64,000 nt of DNA from a virus. Taxonomy: Duplodnaviria > Caudoviricetes. The notes below the pieces were generated by a model, which was not told the DNA's origin, did not search any database, and saw only the letters and a list, made by a program, of their open reading frames with translations. Of this stretch, positions 9,166-19,016 are shown piece after piece. Both the position numbers and the translations under genes were made by a program. The stretch covers positions 96,001 through 160,000 of the IMG/VR virus record IMGVR_UViG_3300043434_000734. One strand, given 5' to 3'. Each line of letters opens with the position of its first letter. The stretch's first letter is position 1.

Positions 9166-11114
9166 TGAGTGTTAAAGATACCATCTCAAAACTTAAGGCA
9201 AAAATTGATGTCATTCAGAAAACTTCGGATGACAATAGGAAAGATCTTGAGAAAAAAATAAATGAGATGGACTTTAGTGGTTTACCTGACTTTAATAAAA
9301 AAGGTAAACGTTTGGAAGGTTTAAAATCTAAAAAAAAGAATACAAAGTTAAAAAAACAAAATGACAAAAACATTTTTGAAGAGTTAATTAGTGTATTTGA
9401 TAAAATTTTAGAATCCGGTCGTAAGGTTGAAGAAGTAGGGATTAATCAATCCAATCAAAGATTGAAACAACACGTTTTAGATTCAATCGAGGTAACTCGA
9501 CACTCCGCAAGACAAATCGTGATGGATTGTGTTAAAGATGCGTTTTTTGCCAACGACGGTATTTGCGGAGGTAATTCTGTATTATCGGGTTCTACTATGG
9601 ACTCCGTTAATATAAGTCCCAAGGAAATTGATTTCTTAAATATGTTAAGAGTTGACCCTAAAAGTGACTACGGTAAAATAATGTATGAATTACCTAAAAT
9701 AGTTAATAACAAAGAAAAAGTTAATTTAGGACTATACAACGCGTTTACTTCTCCGTATTATCAATACGACACCCCAAGTAATAAAACATTGTTCAGAGCA
9801 ACTTGGAAGCCCGAAAATCAATGGTTTGAACTTACTGGTTTAACTCAAGGACCAAGTTTTGGTCAATATGGTACTGTTAATGTTTATGATTTTTTTAACG
9901 ATTATTACTCAAATATTGAAATGCCTAATTTGGGTCATATCATTAAAAATGCTATGTTATTAACACTTAAGGCTTGTGATATTACTGCGGATAAAAACGG
10001 TATATCAGTTGGAGGTAATGTAACGGGAATGGACTCTTCATTAAATTGGGATTCATCTTTAGATGAAGCAATTAATAATTTAGAAAGAATGATAAATAAA
10101 ATTTTTGCATTCTGTAATAATAACGGTAACCCTGGACTCAAAGTTCAAAATGCGTCTAAGTTATTTAATGAAAATGAAGAAAACCAAGATTTTTATTTTG
10201 ATTTTGACGATGTTGAAGGTATCGATTTAGAAGATGAGGACGCTAGACGTAGAAAAGTTTTGAGATTTAAAGATTGTAATAATTATGAGGTCCCGTATAA
10301 TCCGAGTCATATGGAAGATTTTGTTTATTTGGAGAACCGAATCAATAATCGAGATTGGATTGACGGTGCACTAAATAAAGCGGCGTCCGACGCATATGAA
10401 CAATCTGATTTTAGTATCGATTTACCTAGTTTTAAAATTTCATTAAATCTATCATTTATTATTAATTTACCTAAGGCGTTGGTTATGAGTATAATATCAC
10501 CAAAAATGTTTATACCGATTGTTGCAATTTATAAATTATTTGCGGCAACGTCTAAAGACGTAATTGTAGATGTTAAAGTTCTAATGAAAAAATTAAAGAA
10601 ATTATTTCTGTGTATTATCGATAAGTTATTTTGGAAATTCATTAGAGAATTTTGGAAAAGAGTTAAGGCAGATTTAAAAAACTTCTTAGAAAAAGTAATT
10701 AAAAGAATCTTAAGAGAAAAATTAAAAAGGTATTATATTGTAATTGCAGCCTTGGTTGCACTACTTAAAAAAATAATTGAGGACGGTATTGACAATTGCC
10801 AAGATTTATTTGAGGCAATATCGATGGCGATAGATGCTGCGTTGGATGCGTCAGGTGGTCTATCGATACCATTTCCGTTATTATCATTAGCGGGTGCTTT
10901 ACCTGGATTTAGTTCAGTAAAAACACATATGGATACTGTTGAAAGAATGTCTAAAATGGGTATACCTACAGGTGACGTTAATGGAGAGGCAAATTATCAC
11001 TTATTATCACACGCAGCAGCAACCGAATCTATGGGGATGGCGTTAAGTAAGGCACCGATTATTGTTGCAACAACATTTAGTGGATTACCGTCATATGGAT
11101 TATTAAAACCTTAA
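9165..11114 (+). CDS. Hypothetical, probable tail/baseplate protein
   Basis: 649-aa ORF directly upstream of the gp5-like gene; function inferred from context. Confidence 0.6.
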   Translation: MSVKDTISKLKAKIDVIQKTSDDNRKDLEKKINEMDFSGLPDFNKKGKRLEGLKSKKKNTKLKKQNDKNIFEELISVFDKILESGRKVEEVGINQSNQRLKQHVLDSIEVTRHSARQIVMDCVKDAFFANDGICGGNSVLSGSTMDSVNISPKEIDFLNMLRVDPKSDYGKIMYELPKIVNNKEKVNLGLYNAFTSPYYQYDTPSNKTLFRATWKPENQWFELTGLTQGPSFGQYGTVNVYDFFNDYYSNIEMPNLGHIIKNAMLLTLKACDITADKNGISVGGNVTGMDSSLNWDSSLDEAINNLERMINKIFAFCNNNGNPGLKVQNASKLFNENEENQDFYFDFDDVEGIDLEDEDARRRKVLRFKDCNNYEVPYNPSHMEDFVYLENRINNRDWIDGALNKAASDAYEQSDFSIDLPSFKISLNLSFIINLPKALVMSIISPKMFIPIVAIYKLFAATSKDVIVDVKVLMKKLKKLFLCIIDKLFWKFIREFWKRVKADLKNFLEKVIKRILREKLKRYYIVIAALVALLKKIIEDGIDNCQDLFEAISMAIDAALDASGGLSIPFPLLSLAGALPGFSSVKTHMDTVERMSKMGIPTGDVNGEANYHLLSHAAATESMGMALSKAPIIVATTFSGLPSYGLLKP

Positions 11115-11116
11115 AA

Positions 11117-11320
11117 ATGGAAAGTAAAAAATTAATAGAAATAGCCGAAGATGTTGAAAATAAATCAAATAACGATTTATTAACAGTGGCAAATGAGTTA
11201 TACGAAGAATTTGAAAGTACTAAACAATTAATTGTGGATTTAACCAGACATTTAGACGGTGTAGAAAGTTTATATAATAAGGTTAATAAGGAAATAAAAA
11301 AAAGAATAGAAGGTAAATGA
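11117..11320 (+). CDS. Small coiled-coil protein
   Basis: 67 aa with heptad pattern. Confidence 0.7.
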   Translation: MESKKLIEIAEDVENKSNNDLLTVANELYEEFESTKQLIVDLTRHLDGVESLYNKVNKEIKKRIEGK

Positions 11321-12852
11321 AGATAGTAGATATTGGTAAATGTATTGACAATGTTGACCCAAAGGGAATGGGTAGAATACGTGTTAAACGTTACAACGAT
11401 ATGGGTGGTCAGATTGAAAATGCAATAGATTATGAACCTTGGAGTGAACGTGATTTATTTGTTGCTTCACCATTTTTACCAACAAATATTAATTTCATAC
11501 CTGAAATTAATCAATCGGTTAAAATTATCACATACAATACCGAAAAAAGTACTGTCAACGTTGAATACATTGCTGGTCCGTTTACAACGATGTATGATTA
11601 TCATTCTCAGACATTTTCACAACAAGTTACTAACACAACATACGGTAATAGTGTAAAAATAAAACCGGCAATTCGTAATTCAAATGGTCAATATATTAAC
11701 GATAAATCTGAAAATGTATTTGCAAATGAAACTGATTATGCAATATATGGTAAATTTGGGTCCGATCTTTTATTTACGGAAAACGGATTACAATTAAGAG
11801 GAGGTAAATTACTTTCAAAAGAGGCGGCAAGTGAATTAAACAGACAAACAATGGTCGATTATCCATTGTTGGCAAAAAAAGCTGCTAAAATTTATCTAAA
11901 GAAATTTCCTAAAAAAATGACTTTAGATAGTAAGGTGGTTAAAAAAACTGTAGTTGAGAATAAAGACTTATCATACATTGTTGAGTATGAAGTTAATAAT
12001 GTTTCACCAACAACCGGAAATACGTCCACGATTAGTTTTTATGTTTATAAAGTGACAAATCCAAATGGTGACACATTTAAAACTAATTTTTTTACCGAAT
12101 TTTCAAGTGCACCTAATTCTTCAGTTAAATTAATTAATATAGATAACAGCAGTTCAACACCAACATTTCAAATTACCGGTGTTACAGATGTGAGTGATGT
12201 GTATCGTGAGATTAGAGATAAAATCTATAATTTGCACGAAAAAGGATTAAAAGGTTTTGATTTTTTATATGATATTGCCGATTTACCTGAAGACATACAC
12301 CCATTCTTTTTTAGACCGACTAATGTTTTTAAAAATAAAACTTATACGAACACAGGTGAAACCTTTAATAAGAAAGTAATTTTAAGAAACATTAACGTTA
12401 GACGGATTGGACCATCAAGTGGTTTGATTTGGTCGAAAGAAAAGGCAAGAATTGAATCGAAAGAAATTGAAAGTGTCGAAGAATATATAAAATTAGACCC
12501 TAATAGTCCCGAACAAACATTTGGTGCAATAACTGCGGATAAGGTTTATTTATTATCCACCGATTTGGGTGATAACGACACTTCAACACCTGTTCCATTT
12601 TTAGATTTAAATGGGTACGATTATAAACAAGAAGATTATATAAATCTAATTGAACCTAATACATTTTCGACGGTTAGAGGTGAAAACCTTATTGCCGTTT
12701 TAGAGGCTATTATTAAAGTTCTTTATTCACACGTACACAATCCCTTAATGCCTATTTCAGGACAATCTGATTATCAAGATGGTAACTCATTATTAAACTT
12801 AGTTAAAACGTTAGAAAATGACATTTTAAATAAATCGATTAGAATCAACTAA
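11317..12852 (+). CDS. Baseplate hub/spike (gp5/VgrG-like)
   Basis: N-terminal G.CIDNVDPKGMGRIRV OB-fold signature; C-terminal VRGENL...SHVHN (HxH). Confidence 0.75.
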   Translation: MKIVDIGKCIDNVDPKGMGRIRVKRYNDMGGQIENAIDYEPWSERDLFVASPFLPTNINFIPEINQSVKIITYNTEKSTVNVEYIAGPFTTMYDYHSQTFSQQVTNTTYGNSVKIKPAIRNSNGQYINDKSENVFANETDYAIYGKFGSDLLFTENGLQLRGGKLLSKEAASELNRQTMVDYPLLAKKAAKIYLKKFPKKMTLDSKVVKKTVVENKDLSYIVEYEVNNVSPTTGNTSTISFYVYKVTNPNGDTFKTNFFTEFSSAPNSSVKLINIDNSSSTPTFQITGVTDVSDVYREIRDKIYNLHEKGLKGFDFLYDIADLPEDIHPFFFRPTNVFKNKTYTNTGETFNKKVILRNINVRRIGPSSGLIWSKEKARIESKEIESVEEYIKLDPNSPEQTFGAITADKVYLLSTDLGDNDTSTPVPFLDLNGYDYKQEDYINLIEPNTFSTVRGENLIAVLEAIIKVLYSHVHNPLMPISGQSDYQDGNSLLNLVKTLENDILNKSIRIN

Positions 12853-12876
12853 TTTGATATTTATTAATAAAAAGAG

Positions 12877-14247
12877 ATGTCATATTTCCGTTCATATTTC
12901 GAAAAAAATAATACGATAATCAAGGATTCCTTGGTTAACACTGCCAAAAACCCAACCACTGAGATTTTTTATGGTACGGGATTTTCTAAATTCTTATTTA
13001 AAATTGATTTCACCGATTTATTAAGTAAAGTAAATAATGGTGAATATGTGATTGATGAGAATACAAAACACACATTAAATTTAACAAATTGTATTTTTGG
13101 TGATGAAGGTTTTAAAGGTCAAAACCGCGCAACGAGTAGGGATAGGGCAACGTCATTTGATTTAATTTTATTTAAAGTACCTGAATTTTGGGATGAGGGT
13201 GTGGGATTCGATTATTCCGACGATGGATTTGATTATACGAGGGGAAATAAAACATACGACCAGAGACCATCGAATTGGTACAATAGAACAACAACTAACA
13301 CTTGGACTGATGTTGGTGTTTATACCACATCTCCTGAGATTATTTCAACAATAAGTTTTGACAATGGAAATGAAAATATAAACGTTGATATAACCGATTA
13401 CGTAAATGGTATTTTAACAGGCGATACTGATAATGGATTAGGGTTGGCTTTTAGTTTAATATTTGAATTACTATCACCTGATAATGACCAATCCGTTTCA
13501 TTTTTTACAAAATACACACAAACATTCTTTGAACCTTTTGTTGAGTCATTTTTTGATGATAGAATAGAAGATAATAGAAGTCAATTTGCGGTAAATATAA
13601 GTCAAAATTTATACTTATACGTAACCAAGGGAGGTAACTTTTATGATTTAGATACTTTACCTACAGTGGATATCACTGATTCGTTAAATAATCCAATATT
13701 TGGTTTAGATGAACTATTTGTCACAAAAGTTAAAAAGGGTGTGTATAAAGTGTCATTTGGAATACCGATTAATCTTTGTGACGGTAAAAAATTCTATTAT
13801 GATAATTGGTATAATTTAAATATTGATGGGGTTTCGATACCTAACGTCACACAAAAATTTGTACCTAAACCTTATACATCACAATATACGATTGGTACAA
13901 ATCAAACTGAGATAGAACGTTATAAAATACAATTCTTTGGGGTAAAACAAAATGAAAAGATTAAACGAGGTGAAAAGAGAAAAATTGTAGTTTTATTTAA
14001 ATCTATTAATGACCCTAAAACGGTATTATTTAATGAGGTATATTATCGAATGTATATTAAGGAAGGTAGAACTAATGTTACAATACACGATTGGACCCAA
14101 GTGGATATGACAAATGAAAATTCATTTACTTTGGATACGTCAATCTATATCCCTAGAGAATATTTTATTGAAATTAAAGGTAAAACTCACAATGAGGAAA
14201 TATTCTATAACAACGAGATTCAATTTGAAATTATCTCGGAAAAGTAA
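12877..14247 (+). CDS. Probable virion structural protein
   Basis: Beta-rich 456-aa ORF after the spike gene with a late-motif upstream. Confidence 0.6.
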   Translation: MSYFRSYFEKNNTIIKDSLVNTAKNPTTEIFYGTGFSKFLFKIDFTDLLSKVNNGEYVIDENTKHTLNLTNCIFGDEGFKGQNRATSRDRATSFDLILFKVPEFWDEGVGFDYSDDGFDYTRGNKTYDQRPSNWYNRTTTNTWTDVGVYTTSPEIISTISFDNGNENINVDITDYVNGILTGDTDNGLGLAFSLIFELLSPDNDQSVSFFTKYTQTFFEPFVESFFDDRIEDNRSQFAVNISQNLYLYVTKGGNFYDLDTLPTVDITDSLNNPIFGLDELFVTKVKKGVYKVSFGIPINLCDGKKFYYDNWYNLNIDGVSIPNVTQKFVPKPYTSQYTIGTNQTEIERYKIQFFGVKQNEKIKRGEKRKIVVLFKSINDPKTVLFNEVYYRMYIKEGRTNVTIHDWTQVDMTNENSFTLDTSIYIPREYFIEIKGKTHNEEIFYNNEIQFEIISEK

Positions 14248-14260
14248 ACTATTTATAACA

Positions 14261-14866
14261 ATGGAATTAAATGAATTAATTAAAAAACACTTAAAATCTA
14301 TCGTTAAAGAAAACGAAGATAACGGTGGTAACTATATGTTCTTTAGTAATTTAGAACAAATCAAAAGACAATGTGATTTATTATTGAGTTTCGACCAAAA
14401 TATGATAAATCAGTTGTTAAATAATGGTCACGATTGGGCTGATGATCACATATCGACAGCAAAAGAAAATATGGACCAAGTATTCGACTTCATAATGAAT
14501 GAAAAAGAGAAGGGTTCTTCCCAAGAGGGTGATATGAATGAAGAATGTTGGAAAGGTTATAAACAAGTTGGTGGTAAAGTAAAAAACGGTAAAAACGTTC
14601 CAAATTGTGTACCAACAAATGAAGCAAATAACCCTACACAACAGGCGGCAATTGCCATCAATATGAAGAAAAAAGGTGTTGAACCTAAAAATGAATCTGA
14701 GGGAGAAATTAATGAAAGTAAAAATAAACCGACTAATCCAAAATTATGGGCTCAATGTTTAGCGTGGGCCAGGTCAAAATATGACGTTTGTCCAAGTGCT
14801 TATTGTAATGGTGCTGCGGCTAAACGGTACAAATCTAAAGGTGGTGGATGGAGAAAAGAAAAATAA
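14261..14866 (+). CDS. Probable head-associated protein with CWKGY..VPNCVP and PSAYCNG modules
   Basis: ATG at 14261 three bases after TATTTATA; modules recurrent in large phages (recalled). Confidence 0.7.
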   Translation: MELNELIKKHLKSIVKENEDNGGNYMFFSNLEQIKRQCDLLLSFDQNMINQLLNNGHDWADDHISTAKENMDQVFDFIMNEKEKGSSQEGDMNEECWKGYKQVGGKVKNGKNVPNCVPTNEANNPTQQAAIAINMKKKGVEPKNESEGEINESKNKPTNPKLWAQCLAWARSKYDVCPSAYCNGAAAKRYKSKGGGWRKEK

Positions 14867-14867
14867 T

Positions 14868-15629
14868 ATGAATATTATAGTATCTAAAGAAGATAAAGAT
14901 TATATTAACGAATGTCTTGAATCAGGTGAAGTTTTGAAAGAAGATTTAAGAAGATGGTTTAAAGAAAAATGGGTTGACGTTAGTAGAAAGGTAAAAGGAA
15001 AACACCCTCCTTGTGGAAGAAAAGATGCCAACGGTAAATCATATCCTAAATGTAGACCATCAAAAAAAGTATCGAAGGAAACACCAAAAGTTGCATCTTC
15101 ATATGACAAAAAAGAAAAAAGGGCAATGACAAGTCAAAAAAGAAGAGCCGAAAAAAAAGAACCTAAAGTGGGTAAAGGTAATAAACCTACTATGACACAC
15201 TTTGATGAACAAAACAATAGTTTAAAACGTAAAAATATGATTATATCAATCACAGAAGAACAATTTCAAAGATTATTTGAATTTAATGAAGAAACACCCG
15301 TTTTAATATATGAAGATGAATATGGTTCCGTTGAAAAAACAAACTTCGAATCTAATAATATGTTAAACGAGGCCGAATATCAAGGACGTAAAGTACAACT
15401 TGGTAAAATAATGCAAGGTGATGTTAAGAAATTTAAAGTTTACGTTAAAAACGATAAAGGTAAGGTTGTAAAGGTGAACTTTGGGTTTGGTGGAAAGTCC
15501 GCTAAAGGTAAAAGAATGGTTATCAAAAAGAACAACCCTAAAAGACGTAAATCATTTAGGGCTCGTATGAATTGTGATAATCCGGGCCCTCGTTGGAAAC
15601 CGAGATATTGGGCTTGTAAAACTTGGTAA
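14868..15629 (+). CDS. Probable head-associated basic protein (LRRWFKEKWVD and FRARMNC..YWAC modules)
   Basis: ATG at 14868 after the upstream stop; modules recurrent in large phages (recalled). Confidence 0.7.
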   Translation: MNIIVSKEDKDYINECLESGEVLKEDLRRWFKEKWVDVSRKVKGKHPPCGRKDANGKSYPKCRPSKKVSKETPKVASSYDKKEKRAMTSQKRRAEKKEPKVGKGNKPTMTHFDEQNNSLKRKNMIISITEEQFQRLFEFNEETPVLIYEDEYGSVEKTNFESNNMLNEAEYQGRKVQLGKIMQGDVKKFKVYVKNDKGKVVKVNFGFGGKSAKGKRMVIKKNNPKRRKSFRARMNCDNPGPRWKPRYWACKTW

Positions 15630-15639
15630 AAAAATTAAT

Positions 15640-16413
15640 ATGAACTTACAAGAGAATATACAAAGAATTAAAGAAATGATGATTTCTGAGGAGATGGTAC
15701 AATCTGATGCTTGGAAATCACTAAAAAGCACGTTAGATATTCTTAAAACAAAGAAAAAAGTTTTACTATTAAGTTGTTCAAATAGACACAATTGGGATGA
15801 TGATAATATTGACATACCCAAGTCTAAAATGATTGCTATGTACCTTAATGAAGAATTGGGTAATAAATCGACCTTAATTGATGTATCCGAACTAAATATC
15901 GTTCCTTGTGAGGGTAATGTATCGAGAAAGGACGGTAACGGTTGTGGGGTTTTAAAATCCAAACTAAAAGATAAAGATAAAAACCCATCGGGTCAACATA
16001 GATGTTGGGCTAGTTTTAATAATCCAAAAGACGAACTTTGGAAAATAAGTAAAGAATTATTTGAATCGGACGTGGTTATATTTTTTAGCTCTATCAGATG
16101 GGGACAAACAAATATGTTTTATCAAAATCTAATTGAACGTTTAACTTGGATTGAAAATAGACACACAACATTAGGTGAATCTAATTTAGTTAAAGATATT
16201 GAGACAGGTTTTATTTGTGTGGGACAAAATTGGAATGGATCAAATGTAAACGATTTACAAAAGAAGGTACACGAATTCTACGGATTTAAAATAAATGATA
16301 AGTTATATTGGAATTGGCAGTATTCTAAAGATATGAATGATGAGACGGAAAAGTCATATAAAGATTCATATGTAAAATTTTTAAAGGACACTAAACTATC
16401 TGATTTTCAATAA
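15640..16413 (+). CDS. Flavodoxin-fold FMN reductase / Fe-S flavoprotein-like protein
   Basis: VLLLSCSNR, IDVSELNIVPC, SDVVIFFSSIRWG..QNLIERL. Confidence 0.7.
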   Translation: MNLQENIQRIKEMMISEEMVQSDAWKSLKSTLDILKTKKKVLLLSCSNRHNWDDDNIDIPKSKMIAMYLNEELGNKSTLIDVSELNIVPCEGNVSRKDGNGCGVLKSKLKDKDKNPSGQHRCWASFNNPKDELWKISKELFESDVVIFFSSIRWGQTNMFYQNLIERLTWIENRHTTLGESNLVKDIETGFICVGQNWNGSNVNDLQKKVHEFYGFKINDKLYWNWQYSKDMNDETEKSYKDSYVKFLKDTKLSDFQ

Positions 16414-16871
16414 TAAATAACATTGATTCCACACTCACTCAGAAGTTGTTTGGCTTTACTTTGTGATTCTTCCCATTTTTCTTTATTTTTTGTGGTACAA
16501 ACCTCCTTACAATACACTGTCTTTATACCTGAATTAACAATTCCCCTTGCACAATCCATACAAGGTAATCCAGATGTTAAATAAATTGTTGAATTTTTAA
16601 GGGACACACCTTCTAATGCCGCGTTATAAATAGCATTACGTTCTGCGTGTTCTATCCAGAAGTATTTTTCAGGTCTTTCCTGACGTCCTTGTAATGAATC
16701 ATCTAAACCTCTTGGGAATGAATTATAACCCGTAGAAAGAACGTTATTACCTTCGCCCACAACTACTGCACCTATCTGTGTAGATTGGTCCTTAGATTTA
16801 AGTTTAACCACTTCTGCAATCTCTAAAAAATATCGTACCCAATCCATTATATTAATTTTTGTTTTGACCAA
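16407..16871 (-). CDS. dCMP deaminase
   Basis: STGYN, HAERNAI, PCMDC zinc motifs. Confidence 0.92.
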   Translation of the reverse strand: MVKTKINIMDWVRYFLEIAEVVKLKSKDQSTQIGAVVVGEGNNVLSTGYNSFPRGLDDSLQGRQERPEKYFWIEHAERNAIYNAALEGVSLKNSTIYLTSGLPCMDCARGIVNSGIKTVYCKEVCTTKNKEKWEESQSKAKQLLSECGINVIYY

Positions 16872-17167
16872 TAATAAACTACTCCGTTAGCGAATCTCAT
16901 TAAATTTCTTGCCTCTTTTTTTAACATTAGGTTACCGGCTTGGATTAAATGTGAACGATTATGTAAATCAATCCCAATAACATACCCACCATCAAATTTT
17001 TCATATGTGGTTTCTTTTATCGGAATTTGATATTTCCCCTCATCATCGAGTTTTAACATCTTTATCATTTCGTCTTTTTTCGTCTTACATTCTATACCTC
17101 TAGAATATACTAACTTTTCTAAGACGTCTAACCTTAATTTACTGTAATCTACCTCGGCCATATGCAA
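16847..17167 (-). CDS. Hypothetical protein
   Basis: 106-aa ORF. Confidence 0.7.
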   Translation of the reverse strand: MHMAEVDYSKLRLDVLEKLVYSRGIECKTKKDEMIKMLKLDDEGKYQIPIKETTYEKFDGGYVIGIDLHNRSHLIQAGNLMLKKEARNLMRFANGVVYYWSKQKLI

Positions 17168-17189
17168 ATATACTAAATTTTTGACAAAT

Positions 17190-17221
17190 AAAAAACCCCC
17201 GTATTTCTACGAGGGTTTTTA
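17190..17221. terminator. Intrinsic terminator after the major capsid gene
   Basis: GC stem flanked by A- and T-tracts. Confidence 0.75.
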
Positions 17222-17239
17222 TTATGATAAATCCTAAGA

Positions 17240-18982
17240 TTATCTTAAAGTTCCCATATCAAATGTAGTAATACCCGCTACGTCAATGATACCAAAGTAA
17301 CGGTTGTTAACCATTTTCTTCGCGTATCTTGTCATAATTCCTTTGATAGGAGTCATATTGAACGGATTGTACATTGTTGGTGTTAACTGTAATGGCACAT
17401 ATGGTGCGTATACATAACCTGCATCTAACAAAGATTTACCTTTGTGGCCGATTAAGATTTTTCCAGCTGGGAAGTAAGGATCACGATACACTTGGTAACG
17501 ACCTGCTACTGAACCGATTTTCTCGATACCCATATTGTACTGATCTTGCTCTGGTTCTGCGTTAGAAACGTGGAAATACTCTAAATCATCGAATACTGCA
17601 GATACTTCTGAAGAAACAACAATCCAGTTTGCTCCACCTCTTAACGTAGTTTTATGAATTTGTGCAGAAATTTGGTTGATTTTAGTAACCAAAGTTTGGT
17701 TCCAATCTTTTTGAGTGTAACCTTGTAGAGTTGCTCCACTAGTTCCACCGTACTTCCAACCATTGTAATCCCACTTAGCTTTCCAAGCCGCACCTTTACG
17801 TAAATCACGTAAAATTTCACGGTCAACTTCAGCAGCAATTTGCTCAGATAATAAAGCTGTTAATTCAGCTTCAGCATCGATATTGTGGAATGCACTAACG
17901 TCTTGTGCTAATTCTGGAGACCAGCTAGCTCTTAATTTTCTCTCAGTTACAGAAACCGTTACTGATTCTAAATCAAAAGAAACTTCACCAATCATATCTT
18001 CAAACTCTAAAGATGCGTATTGACGATAAGTCGCTGCGAAGTCACCTTTAGCAAGTGTTGAACTTTCAACAGTGTATGGTGAAAATCCTGCAGTTGCACT
18101 GTACTTTTCTAAATCAACTTGAACGTAAATTTTACCTTCGATATCACAAACGTCATAGTATGAACCTGTGTTACCAGCCGCTTTAGCACCATATTCAACA
18201 ATACCTTTACCGTATTTGTTAGTAACTAAGTTGAATGGTAATGTTGCTGAACCTGTGTGACCAGTGATTGCTGCGTCTGCAGTTGTGATTTGTAATGAAG
18301 CTAAGAACTCTTCAGTGTCCATTTCGTTACCGTTAGGACCTGCTAATTTACCAGCACCTGCTTGTGTAAATCCTGTTAATACTAATACGATAGAACTAAC
18401 TGAACTACCAGTTGCAATTGGGTTAACTGAAGTAGTTTGGCCGTTTGCAAATGTAACGATATCAGCAACCGTTAAAGATTGTGAAGTGAAAGAACCTTTT
18501 GAATAATCGAAAAGACCTTGATCGTTAGCATCTGAATTTTCGTAGAAACGATCATAAAGATTTTTTACACCTGTATCGTAACCAGCGGTTGCTGAATCAC
18601 TATTACCTGGCATCTTATAAGGAGCATAATGGTCTGCACCATTTCTCTCTTGAATTTTAGGTACAAAGTAGAATAATTTACCAATTGGTAAGTTCATTGC
18701 TTGTACTGAAACGATATCGTTCGCTAATAATTTAGAGAACACACGACGAATGATAGGGAATACCACAGTCTCGAATGAACCTGAAGCGTCACTTGTAGCC
18801 GCTTCGTTGATTAAATAAGACGCTTGGTTTTCATATAATTGCGCGATGTTATCTTTTTGGTGACCGTCAAGACCTTCTAAAAAGCCTAACTCATCCCATT
18901 TTTTGATGGTATCTTCTTTAATAACACGAAGGTGCTTAAGACCGATGTTACCTACCATACCTGATTCTAATAATGCTCCCAT
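17240..18982 (-). CDS. gp23: Major capsid protein (T4 gp23 family)
   Basis: VSVQAMNLPIG, RKLRASWSPELAQD..A.H.IDAEAELTALLSEQIAAEVDREI, YAPYVPL, GIMTRYA. Confidence 0.97.
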   Translation of the reverse strand: MGALLESGMVGNIGLKHLRVIKEDTIKKWDELGFLEGLDGHQKDNIAQLYENQASYLINEAATSDASGSFETVVFPIIRRVFSKLLANDIVSVQAMNLPIGKLFYFVPKIQERNGADHYAPYKMPGNSDSATAGYDTGVKNLYDRFYENSDANDQGLFDYSKGSFTSQSLTVADIVTFANGQTTSVNPIATGSSVSSIVLVLTGFTQAGAGKLAGPNGNEMDTEEFLASLQITTADAAITGHTGSATLPFNLVTNKYGKGIVEYGAKAAGNTGSYYDVCDIEGKIYVQVDLEKYSATAGFSPYTVESSTLAKGDFAATYRQYASLEFEDMIGEVSFDLESVTVSVTERKLRASWSPELAQDVSAFHNIDAEAELTALLSEQIAAEVDREILRDLRKGAAWKAKWDYNGWKYGGTSGATLQGYTQKDWNQTLVTKINQISAQIHKTTLRGGANWIVVSSEVSAVFDDLEYFHVSNAEPEQDQYNMGIEKIGSVAGRYQVYRDPYFPAGKILIGHKGKSLLDAGYVYAPYVPLQLTPTMYNPFNMTPIKGIMTRYAKKMVNNRYFGIIDVAGITTFDMGTLR

Positions 18983-19016
18983 TTTAAAATTGTATTTTGT
19001 TTTTTGTTTAGTTTAT

